From Macrostomum lignano (taxonomy: Eukaryota): DNA of 64,000 nt. Positions 46,399-58,300 of this stretch are shown here, in pieces (position 1 is the first letter of the stretch; the number at the start of each line of letters is the position of its first letter). The translations under genes and the position numbers were made by a program. The notes below the pieces were generated by a model that was given only the letters and a program-made list of their open reading frames with translations, ran no database searches and was not told the origin of the DNA. The stretch spans positions 186,001 through 250,000 of the forward strand of contig NIVC01001008.1 in assembly GCA_002269645.1 (NCBI GenBank), written 5' to 3'.

Positions 46399-49300
46399 AT
46401 GCGTTTCCATTTAATTATCTTAGCTATCTATGTCTCCTGTTTTCTCATGTTCAGAACAGAAGGCAAATATATCAGTGGAATTCTGAAATCAGACAGTGTA
46501 AGTATTTTTTAGCTATTGCTATGGCTATGATAAATTAATGCTCAATAGCTTTTAGGGTGGTTCAACTTATTGTTTTAAAATATTGTTTTTTAGATAAAAA
46601 ATTTTAAGTTTTATATTTGGTTTTTCTTTTTTATTTGAAACATCTAACATAGGTCATTTTATCTTGTCACCAAACAAGATAAACCAAATCTACTTGCTAC
46701 CAAAATGACTATCACTAAAAAGGTTCTGATCTTTTCACCAAAATAACTTTGGCTTGTCATTGAAAAAAAACTATAATTTGTAGCTATAGACTTATAAATT
46801 TAATAATTCTTTTACTAATTCATTGTTTTTTTATGCAGCGCTTTTACTAGCTTAATAATAAAAGATAATTAATAAAAAGATTTCTACTGACCTTACCTAA
46901 ACTTATTATTTATAGCTAGTATATGATATAACTGACATATAATATAATTAGAGACTCCGGCGAGCTCCGAGTAGCGTGGTTGAAACTAGAAAAAACGTAC
47001 ATTTAGCACCTACTTCAAACAGAAAACTAAGATAGAAAAAATATGACTGTGTAAAAACTGAAATACACAATAAAAAGCACAATAAATGTACTTCAAAATG
47101 AGTGCTCAAACAGCTTCTAAAGTCGATCAGAGACAAAGTTATGGACAGTTAAAGTTTCATCATTTTTGCATTCCCATGCAAAATGAAGCCTATTTTACGG
47201 TAAAAATCGTGACTTTGGAAAGTCTAATTTTTAATAACGAAATGACCGTTTTAAACAAAAATAATCAATATAAAAGCAATCTAGGCATAATTAAGTATCA
47301 TTTTATGTAAATTTCAGAAGAAAAAAATATTCCCTGTTGCCTACAGGGGTAGTCCAAATTTTTTTCTTCGATTTCTTTGTATCATCCGATTGCTGCACGG
47401 AATTCAAATGTAAATTTCTTTATTCTTTGTTGCAAGTGGAAGGACATGCAGAAAACCGTTTGGGATTACCTAGTCGCGCATTGCTACTAAGTTGATTCAA
47501 AGATCATAGTAAAATCAAAGTAAATGTCTATTTAAAATATATTTTTTATTTTTTTTGAGAAAAAAAGAGACGCACAAATACAGTTGATATTGACTTTCAT
47601 ACATAATTGCATGACAAGTGTGAGGAATGAAAGTTCCTTCTGACAACTGACCGCGCACTTAGAAATATGAGCATCAATATGTTTCAGCGAGATTCAGGTA
47701 AACGGCAGGAGTAACTATGACTTTCAGTGCAAATGCAATTGCATCGTCACCTTATTAGTAGGAAAAATGAACATTTTTAAACTGTATTTTGTAAGTTAAT
47801 TGCACTATGAAGTCAATACACACTGTCTTGAAATTCATTTCCATGATAACCATTACAACTGCTGTCTTCAAGATGTGTACTCTTCTATTCTATGTACACA
47901 TTGTACATGGGGGTCATATGAGAGGCTTCCGTTGGAAAGCTGCTGGATATCAGACCCCAGCATAGTGATCCCAACAAGCGACCCCTGGCATTCGTCTGGT
48001 CAACGATGCAAACTCTCAAAAATGTATGGTATGTATGGTACAGAGTACCGTGGAACTGTTGCAATAGGTTTATGCCTGTGCAATAAAAGCAGGTAGGTGA
48101 TTTTTTATATGGCATTGAAAAGCAGCCATTTTGTTTGAATGTCTTCTGACTTATGCAGCTACTGAGTTAGCTAGATTCTTCATTGTAATAATGAGTGATT
48201 ATTTTGGGTGCAAACTCTGAAGACTTAACATGCAAATACTAGCCTAGGTGCTAATCTGTGTGGGAGATAGTACATAATATGAATCTCAGGCAACTACGTT
48301 TTGTGAACAGACCAAGCTGTGCTTGAAAAACTTTGTTAAACAATGAATACACTTAGTCATCATCATCATCATAATCGTCATCGTCATCAGAGAGAACATT
48401 CAATTCGCCAGCCAGGTAGTCCTTGTTGAGGTCATAGGTGTACTCCCCTTCAAAATCATCGAACACAACCTTGAACTCCTGGCTGAGAATGTCCCTGCTC
48501 TGGCAGGTTGATGGCAGTCGCTGGAGGACGTGGCCTGGTATCCAGTCCTCCCCATCTGTGAAGCAGAACTTCATCTCGATTCTTCTGCTCACCAGATCGG
48601 GGAGGTTGGCCAGCGTCCGCTGATTGGTGGTCTCGTCAATGGCGTCGCCCTCATCCTCGTGTCTTCTTCCTCGTCCTCGTCCTCGTCCTCCTCCTTGACC
48701 TCGTCCTCCTCCTTGACCTCGACCTCGTCCTTGACCTCGACCTCGTCCTTGACCTCGACCTCGTCCGCGTCCGCGACCGCCGCCTCGTCCACCAAGGCCA
48801 GGCCCAGCTTGAGCAGCCACAGCTCCTGCATCTTGAATCCGTTGACGACGCTGCAGCCTGTCAGCAATGGCAGTGCGGACTCGCTCCTTGCGCTCGCGAG
48901 CATCCAGGAGGCCGGACGGAGGCACGGTGGGCGCATCGGCACCCTTTTGCTGGTCCTGTAGTTCCACTATCTGCAGAACTTCACGCAGTTGGCTTCGCAG
49001 TTGAGGCACACTGCGCTTGACACCAGCCGCGGAGAAGTTGAGCAGGCTGGCCTTGTCCTTGGGCAGGTGGATCTCTACAAAATATTACATGAAACATAAT
49101 TTTCATGCTAAGCAGTGAGCAAACAGACACATTTTTCTGCCCACACGTACTGGTCGCTTTGTGCAGTTGCAGCTGTGCTTTGATGGCCTTCTCGTGCTGG
49201 TCAGGGGCTAGTTGGTGCAGCACAGCGTCCATCCTGGAGATGGTTGGCCAGAGTCCGCCGTAGGCCTCGATGACACGGAGAATGGATCGGATGCTCTCGG

Positions 49301-52300
49301 CGTTCGAGTCCTTCTTGCGCTGCTTTTCAGCTAGCTTGGCGCGGAGAATCTCCTGGCGGCAGCTGCGCAAGGCGTCGGCGCTCTCCTTCCCTCGCTTTTC
49401 GAGCTGAGGGACCAGCTTCCGTGCCCTGGTAAGAAGGAGGTCCTTCTCGCGCTCCGTCTTGTCGGCCAGCCACTCGGACGTGCAGTTATAGCCGAAGAGC
49501 ACAAGCGACTCGCGCGCAAGAGGGCGCATGTTGGGCCTGTCTGCGACGCACTTATCCAGCATCCCGAAGCCTCGCTCGACTGCTACGTTGTCCTTAGGCG
49601 CAGATGAGACAAGCTGGGCAACTTCTGGCGTGAGCTGCCGCAGAGTGCCCCCAGGCAGGTGGTCACGCACCTCTCTCTCTAGCAACACAAGCATGTGTGT
49701 CGCCATGATCTGAAGTGGTGTTTTAAAGTATAAAAGCTACAATCTATACATTCGTTAATGTTCATTGATACTGTACTGTACTTTGTGACTAATCAGCGCA
49801 TTCATAATTCAAAACCCATATTTACCTGCAGAGCCTGGCCGACAATCTCGTTCTCCAAGGCTGTCAGCTCAGACGTCAGCGCCGCCCAGATGTCCTGCAG
49901 CTGGATGTCCCGGAGAACCGTCTGGGCCAGTTCGGGAAATGGGCCAATCATGCTGCTGGCCACAGTAACGCCCTCGGACGATGACAGCTGGCGCAGCCAA
50001 TTGCAAGCGCGCTCATAGCGTTCGTTCATGTCCGTGAGGGTCACGTCTCGGCAGCGCAGGAGCACCCACAGTGGCCGGATTAGCAGAACGTCAGCAATTC
50101 CGAGTGCACGGCAGCCACTCAGCAGCAAATCAGATGCCAAGTCAGCCTGCACTGCGATCAGCAGGCGGTTGCTGCAGGTGTACTCAGCCAGGAACTCGGA
50201 CAGGCGGTCTCGCTGCCAGAAAATGTTTCCCCCGTTGGGAAATGTGATGTAGGCGCGGTTGCCACGGAAGTCGTCCAAACGAAGGGACGGTGCGCCCTTC
50301 GACTCCAGATACGTTTGAAGCGGAATCGCAACGCCACACTGTTCACTGCCCAGGGCATGGAACGCCTTGCAGACGGTGCGGATTAGACGCTGCGTGCCAG
50401 ATTCAGCTTGGGACGGGCGGAAGCCAGGGAGGGCAGCAGATCCGACGGCCTCTGCAGCCATGCAAGTCTCCCACTCGCGCAGCGCAGCTTCTGCGGCAGC
50501 AGCAAGATTTACAATCACATGCATGCCGCAGAACAGTGCAGTCACAGGTGGAGGTGGGTTCACGCCTTGCTGGGTTGCCAGCTCCTGCCGCATCTCGTTG
50601 AGCAGTACGTTGAGGCACTTGTTGACCACGTGTCGGTCAGTCATTAGGAAGTTGACGCGTGCCAGTAGATTACACTTCAGGCGGCGTCTCTCTTCGTCGC
50701 TCGAGTGGGCAAGAACTACCGAGCAAAACAGATCGACCAGCTCTTCCACCGAGTAGTCCAGTTCGCGGGCGTAGATGTTCGCGGTGCCACCCTCGACCTC
50801 GCGAAGAGAAACAGCCATCGGGCGGCTGTCCCCAGTGTCAACCTATGAATGGTGCATATGTAATACAAAGCATATTGTGAATATAAAAGTTCATTCTTAT
50901 TAACTAAAAGTTCTCTTTTTGTGAATATTAATAATAATAATTAATTATTAAATTCATTTCCTTCCTTTAAGTCCAATTATTTGTCAATATGCACGAAAAT
51001 GCATTACTCAAGTTTACCTGGTAGGCGGCATAGTGTCGGCCCTTCTTGCTGGTAGCATCATGCAAGATCGTTATTGGTCGGTCCTCCTTTGCCCCCTGAT
51101 GCAGCAGCTTCTCCATCGCGCTCGCCTTAGCTAGGCAGCTGCCAAGGCTGTAGCTCAAAGCACTGACCTGCGAACGCGACGGAAGCGCCAAGTTGCCGGC
51201 GTCGATGCCAACGAGGTCCGTGAGGACGCGTCGAATCGCTGGCTTGACGTGCTGCACAGGGACGTGGCAGTCCAGCACCAAGTGCATACAGGTGCTGATG
51301 ACCTGGTTCGTGTACTGCTGTCCTCCACTCGGACGTGATGTCTTGGTGATGATGGAGCCCACACTCTGCTGTTGAAGCTTCTCGTTTGCTTCACAGATGA
51401 GGCCGTGCAAACTGCGGGTATCGGCTCTGAGCTCCTTCACTCTCTCAGTGGCGAGCTGACTTGACTTGCTACGGCTGTTGGCACGCCTCAAGCGCAGGTC
51501 ACGCCTACGGCTGGCAGATGATGCAAAGGCCTGCCGCTTGGCATGCTCAGCACGCAGCTTGTCGTATCTGCCTTGTAGCCGTCTGAGACGCTGATTCCAG
51601 ACGCGAATTTCAGGCCGCTTGGCTAGCTTAGCCCTCAGTCGCCGGACTTCAGCTTTCTGCTCGGCCAGGGCGGCCTTCAGCTGCGCAACTTTGGCTTTGG
51701 CCTTGTGAACTCGCAGATCAACAATGGCTGCCTCGATGCCGATCTTCTCTTCGACAGAGACACTCATGCCAGACTGCTTCGATTGGTCAAGCCTTGCTGG
51801 AGTCGGTGAGTTCGAGGCCATTGGCATTGGTGATGTTGACAAAGGCACAATCGGCATTGCCATTGGGTTCAACAGCTGTTGCAATGCCGCTGGAGGTTCG
51901 AATTCTCGTGCCAAATGGGCCTCATATGTCGAGATGCCATCACCAGACGCAGCCTCACGAGTGTGACTCTTCAGCAGAATTTGGGCTTCTCTCTCTAAAT
52001 CCTTAATCCTTTTCAGGAGTGCCTTCTTCAGATTGTCAGAGACAAACTCCATCAAGTGAGAAGGTAGCCCAACCAGTTTCAGAATCGGCTGGGCCTTGTC
52101 AAGTCCTGTATGGGCCTGGCTGCTGGACTTGAGATGAGTAATCACCTGGCCATTGGTGACTGGGCGAATGGATGATCTGGACCTGCCACGAAGCCGAAGG
52201 TTGGGCTTGGTCTTGGGTGTGGAGGATGTGGCCATAGATAGTATTGTTTAGTCAGTCAGTACTCCAGTAGTCTACTCCAGTGGCAGCTGGAATGGTAACA

Positions 52301-55300
52301 TATTGATTGACTTACTGAGTTACTCAGGTGATTCAGTGCCAAATAAGTATGAATATGTCTCATTATCAATAATGAGACATATAATTTATGTCTCAGTTAT
52401 CAATAGTTTATAATATATTTGTAATATTTATAATAATATAAATAAACTTATAATATATTATTTATTATGATACATTTAATTTTAATTTATAATAATATAA
52501 TAAATATAATTTATTATGTTTTTTAAATTTAGTATAATAAATTTATAATAATTTATCAATAAAATCAAATTGTAGCTTTAAAAAGCATATGTATTGCCCC
52601 CGTGACCACACACAGTTATCATTTTTCCTATACTTAGTGCAAAATAACTTAAGAAGAAAGGACACCACTGACTTGCCTTGTACATAGCAAGCAAGGCAAG
52701 AAAAAAAGCAAAAAAATGACACCAAGAACAGCAAAATTGGTAATACAAAACGAAAGTTCTTGCTGGTCAACCACGAAAAAAACAAATATTTTGGAAAAAA
52801 TGATCACAGCCCATAATGCAAATATCCCATAAGAGAATCCGCAAAAAATGGTCACTAAAATGGCCACAACTTTCTTATTCCTTTACCAAATCTAATAATA
52901 TAATACTTTTTGCAAACAAGAAAGTAAGATCTATCAGATAAGCATAAAAAATCTGTCAGACTTTTAACTTTCAAAATCTCACTGGAGTCCCTAATATAAT
53001 AAGTCTAATATTTTAAGACCTTATATATCAGTTTTAGCAATATTGGTAACAGTTATAGTTCCCTTGATTAATAACACACAAAGTGAATATCCATTGTTTG
53101 ATGTTGTCAATAAAAGACAATGTAATATTAACAATAGTGAAAAAAACTATAAATATCATCATCTTCATTCTTTTGTATATATGCACTAATATATGCTTAA
53201 TTATGCTTAAAATACAATTGTTAGTATATATTGCAAAATCAAATATAAAATAAGGCCTATCTTGCTTGGCTTTAGCCATTTTATGTTTTTCTTGGACTAT
53301 CTCAAACCTGCTTTTTGCTTAGTTTACAACTCATTATATTTTTCTTGTCAATTTTTCATTTATATTATTGTTTGTTAGAATAAATATTAAACTTTTTCTA
53401 GAATTTCATTATATAGCTTAAGGCATGACAACTTCTATCATGCATTTGTAACTTGGCAATTTAAATAAGGTTATGCATTGACAAGGATAGAACATAGGCC
53501 TAGCCATTTGTTTGCTTTGGCAAAATGTTTTATGTTTGATAACTCAAAACCTAATAGAAAAATCAAGTCTATAAACCTAGTGCCTAAGAATGTCCATAAA
53601 CCATCTCTAGAATCGCCCATAAGCCACTAAAATCGCCCAAAAGCCACCTCTAGAATCGCCCATAAACCATTTCTATAATCGCCCATAAGCCACCTCTAGA
53701 ATCGCCCATAAACCATCTCAAGAATCGCCCATAAACATCTCAAGAATCGCCCATAACCACCTCTAGAATCGCCTACAAACCATCTTTAGAGTCGCCCATA
53801 AACCACCTGTAGAATCGCCTATAAACAGCCTCTATAATTGCCCATAAGCCACCTCTAGAATCGCCCATAAACCACCTCTAGAATCACCCATAAGCCACCT
53901 CTAGAATCGCCTATAAACCACATTGTGCATAATGCATTTATAAAACTTTGACTGCATGGGACAATGAAAATTTCGAAATTCAATTACCTTTAAGGACTGG
54001 CAATTCCTAACCAAGTTTTGCTTCTCACCAAGTAGCGGCTCTCTGCAATTCAACATGAAATACCCAGTCGTGAGTAAAATCTGAGAATGTGCATCAAATT
54101 TTGAAAATTGCATTCGTATTTCTGCTGTTCTAAATTAAATGTCAACTTGGCGCGTATATTTGATTTCCAGCCGTACCTGACGCAAAACATGCTGCTTTAT
54201 TGGGATAAGCGCAATTTCTGGGAGAGTGTTTATAAAACTGACTTGGTGAGCTGATTTATGGTTTATGGTATTTATCCAGGGAAGAATTTTATATCAGGTA
54301 ACCAGATGTTCACAAAATCCATCCCCCCCCAAATTGGTTTCCTTGCCAGACTTGCACCGAAAAGGAGAGCAAGCTAACTCCCAGCGACCTTCAACTGTTC
54401 CGACTGCGACCAGGCAATAATGACATACCCGGATTGGATTGCAAAACTGTTCGCAATGGGTCGCAACTGCAGTGCAATTCGCAGAAATTCAGCTTTAATT
54501 CTGCCCGACCACGCTGGTGGTACATTGTCATATCTAACTGCAACACTCGGAATGTAAGTCATTTCTATAATAAATCGATATTACCAGGTAGCAGGCCTGT
54601 GGGCCACCCTGTCGCAACGCCTTAGGCGACATCGTCCCAAAACCAGTGCTGACACCTGGGGCCCGTGCTATAGAATACTCTTAACTCCTAAATCCTTAAG
54701 AGTGTCCTAACTCCTAGCTCCTAGCTGGCTTTTCTGTGGCACTATAGAATCAAGAGTAAATTTTAAGAGCTAGGAGGCTCCTTAAGGACGTTAGGAGAAC
54801 TCATTAAGGTCCGTGGCATGCTATAGAATTAGGAGAGGAAGTCTAGGAGCTAGGAGTTGGCTTTTAGGAGTGATTCTAGGAGCGTGTGTCCTATAGAATG
54901 AGAAAATTTCGCTCCTTACTCTTGACTCCTAAGGAAGAGTTCAAGGGCCAATTTTCACTCCTAGACAAGCTACTAAGATTATAATGTTTCGGACAGCGAA
55001 TCGGATTCTGATGAGGAAGGAGTCAATGATAGACGCCGTCGACAATTTAAGGCAAGAATTAATTTTTTTGAAGAAGATCCAGCCGAGAGTGCTATGCGTT
55101 TTAGACTTAACGAGATCCAGCTTTCAAGCCTAACAGATGGAATTCGACACAGAATCGAACATCCAACACGGTGCACATAGCAATCTTCGCATTCTTAGTT
55201 ATGGTTGTACTAAACGCACAAAAGAGAACCTCTTTGCGTGCAGCGACGGCTCTCACAAAAGATTTTTTTGAGCAATTTGCATTTTCACTCCTGAGATTCA

Positions 55301-58300
55301 ATCCTTAAGGACCGTAAAGTTAGGATTGTGATATAGCACACAATTCTCTATCATCCTTAAACGATTGCGCAACACTCCTTGAACACACCCCCACTCCTAG
55401 GCTGCACTCCTTGCAAGAACTCATATAGCTCCTAACTCTTAACTCCTGAAATCTATAGCACATAAAATTCAATCACTCCTTGTCAAGAGTACTCTTGAGT
55501 CCTAGCTCCTAACTCCTAATTCTATAGCACGGGCCCCTGGGCACACACAAGCGCTCCACTACTACCCCCTTTGGAGGCTGGCACTCATAGATGTGAAAAA
55601 AATTGATAAATTCCAGATGATTCCAATTGATGGAATTGATCAATTCCAGGGCTTGCTAATTGAATACGAGATGTGGATGCGAAATGGAGAGATCGGCAAC
55701 ATATTTAGGGAGCACTTCTCTGCGGACGAAATTTGTACGTGTTTTTTATTTATTTAGCATGACTGTGAGTGTTATATTTTGCAAATAGTGACCTAGGCTT
55801 GAAACTTTTTTTCTTTATTTCACTTTGCAGACATTCTCGAATTCAACATAGCATTCTTTGTGCTGCAACTGGTGCTGCTGATTCTAGCTGCGCTTGTTGC
55901 GGGTAAGTCCCGGGTTCGTTTATTTTTCCCTTTGATGCTTTAGATTTAGAGCATTAATAAATCTTGAAGCGCAGTGCCATTTGGCATCAGTGAAACATTT
56001 CAACAATAAAAATAAAACCAACATCTCTACTCAAACTTAAACTAATTCGCATCTAACTTGAAAAAAATGTGGTCCAAGTTTCAGAGACTTATTGAGTCAA
56101 TCGTGATGTCTCAGAGACATATTTTGAGTCACTATATTCCCGTGATGTTTTAAAGACTTATTGAGTCACTATATTCCCGTGACAATTCAGAGACTTATTG
56201 AGTGACTATATTCCCGTGGTGTTTTAGAGACTTATTTTGAGTCACTATATTCCCGTGGTGTTTCAGAGACTTATTGAGTCACAATAGTCCCGTGATGTCT
56301 CAGAGACTTATTTTGAGTCACTATATTCCCGTGATGTTTCAGAGACTTATTGAGTCACAATAGTCCCGTCATGTCTCAGACTTGTTGAGTCACTATATTC
56401 CTGTGATATTTTAGAGGCTTATTGAGTCACTATATTCCCGTGATATTTTAGAGGCTTATTGAGTCACTATATTCCTGTGATATTTTAGAGGCTTGTTGAG
56501 TCACTATATTCCTGTGATATTTTAGAGGCTTATTGAGTCACTATATTCCCGTGATATTTTAGAGACTTATTGGGTCACTATATTCCTGTGATGTTTCAGA
56601 CACTTGCTGGGTCACAATATTCCCGTGATGTCTCAGAGACTTATTGGGTCACTACATTCCCGTGATGTTTCAGAGACTTATTGAGTTACTATATTCCCGT
56701 GATGTTTCAGACCCTTATTGGGGTCACAATATTCCCGTGATATTTCAGAGACTTATTGTCAGGTCCTATTTTCATGATTTTCTTCATCTCAATGTATTGC
56801 ATTTTACAACTCTCAGAAAAATAAAGATCGGCTGAAGTTTAGTGAAATCAGATACCGCTGATTTCATCATTGCGCATTGAATTGAGCAATTCCCCATCAA
56901 CATTCCGCAGTCCGCCTACGCCGCAAGCAGCTGTTGCACAGAACCTACAAACTCTATCTGCTATCGCTCAGCTTGACCCTATTGTCAACCTTATTTTGCT
57001 GTATCACCTATTTGAGCTACGGATCGACCGGTTATAAATCTGTCGAATTATACTACTTGTGTAAGTAGCTTTCAGACTTTGTTGTTTTTCTATTCCTAAA
57101 GCCGTTAATTGCTTCAGTTGACAAAGTCTGTGATGTCCTGATTTAATGGGGCTGGGTTCCCTTGACTGCCCACACCTTTTAGCAGGCAGTGTTTAATCAG
57201 GCGCAGAAGCCTGTTAGTTAAAGGCAGCTGGTCCCGCCCTGCTTCTGCCCTTGCAATCCTTTGATGCTTCAAAACTTTTTATTCTGTGTGTTTTTGCCTG
57301 CAATTTGCAAGCTGAACAGGTTCTGTACAGGCATAATTGCGATAGCCGAAGGTTATTTATCGCTATGACTGCAAGTTAAGCTGACTTGGCCGTGGTTAGC
57401 ATCGAGCTTTAACAATTTTCCTATAATAATAAAGATTTGTAAACAAAAAATTGATTTCTCCATTCTCAAACAGCCGCTGCACTGCAGTCGGGCGGCACCC
57501 TCGCCCAGCAACTGCTGGTGCTGCTGCTCGGCCTTGGCTACTCCGTCACCTGCGGCCGCCTGCCCGCCTGGGCCACCGCCCTCATCTCCGCCCTGCTGAC
57601 CGCCCTCACCGCCGGCTACACCGCCCTATTCGCTGTTGAGGCCGCCTCAGCCGATCCCGGCCTGGTCTATTGGCGCTGGTCCAGCCTCCCAGGCTACTGC
57701 CTCATCGGATTGCAGCTGGCCGCCTGTCTGGCCTTCGCCGCCTGCGCCGGTCGCACCCTGGCTAGGCACCGGGCTAAGCGATCGTTCTACGGCCCGCTGC
57801 TGGCCGTGTACACCGTCTGGCAGCTCTGCCTGCCTGCCGGAGCCGCCGTCTGCGCTGCCTGGGTGCCGGCCTTCATGCGGGCCAGAGTGGCGTCCGGCAT
57901 CGATCTGTGCCTCATGTTCATCGCCCAGCTGGCCTTCCTGCTGCTGGCCTGGCCCGCCATTGGCAATCCCTGCTTCCCCTACGATCTGAAGACTTCGCAG
58001 GTGAGATACGCCAAGCTGGCTTCTGTCATGACTGGGATTCTTCAGGCTGAGCTATCCGCAATTATCCTCTGGTTCCTTCAGGCTGAGCTACCTGTTACTT
58101 CAGGCTTGTGCCGCCACCGCCAGCCTCCCAGATCCTCAGCTGCTGGACCACCGCCAGACTCCCAGAGTGTCAGTTGCTGGGCCAGCCTCCCAGATCCTCA
58201 GTTGCTGGGGCACTGCTAGCCTCCCAGATCCTCAGTTGGTGGGGCACTGCTAGCCTCCCAGACTCTCGGATCCTCAGTTGCTGGGGCACTGCTAGCCTCC

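Noticed and set aside
46376-46400. TTAAAGGCAGG as a possible Kolobok-type left end for the transposase element
   Set aside because: No matching inverted end was found, and the sequence lies directly before the TMEM145 start codon, outside intron 1.
47341-47420. CAGGGGTAGTCC... as a candidate terminus of the transposase element
   Set aside because: I found no reverse-complement partner in 52300-53990 by eye.
58001-58219. Read-through extension of the TMEM145 ORF past 58000
   Set aside because: A strong donor CAG|GTGAGA lies at a plausible junction and the extension runs into a minisatellite; the spliced exon at 60442 continues in phase.
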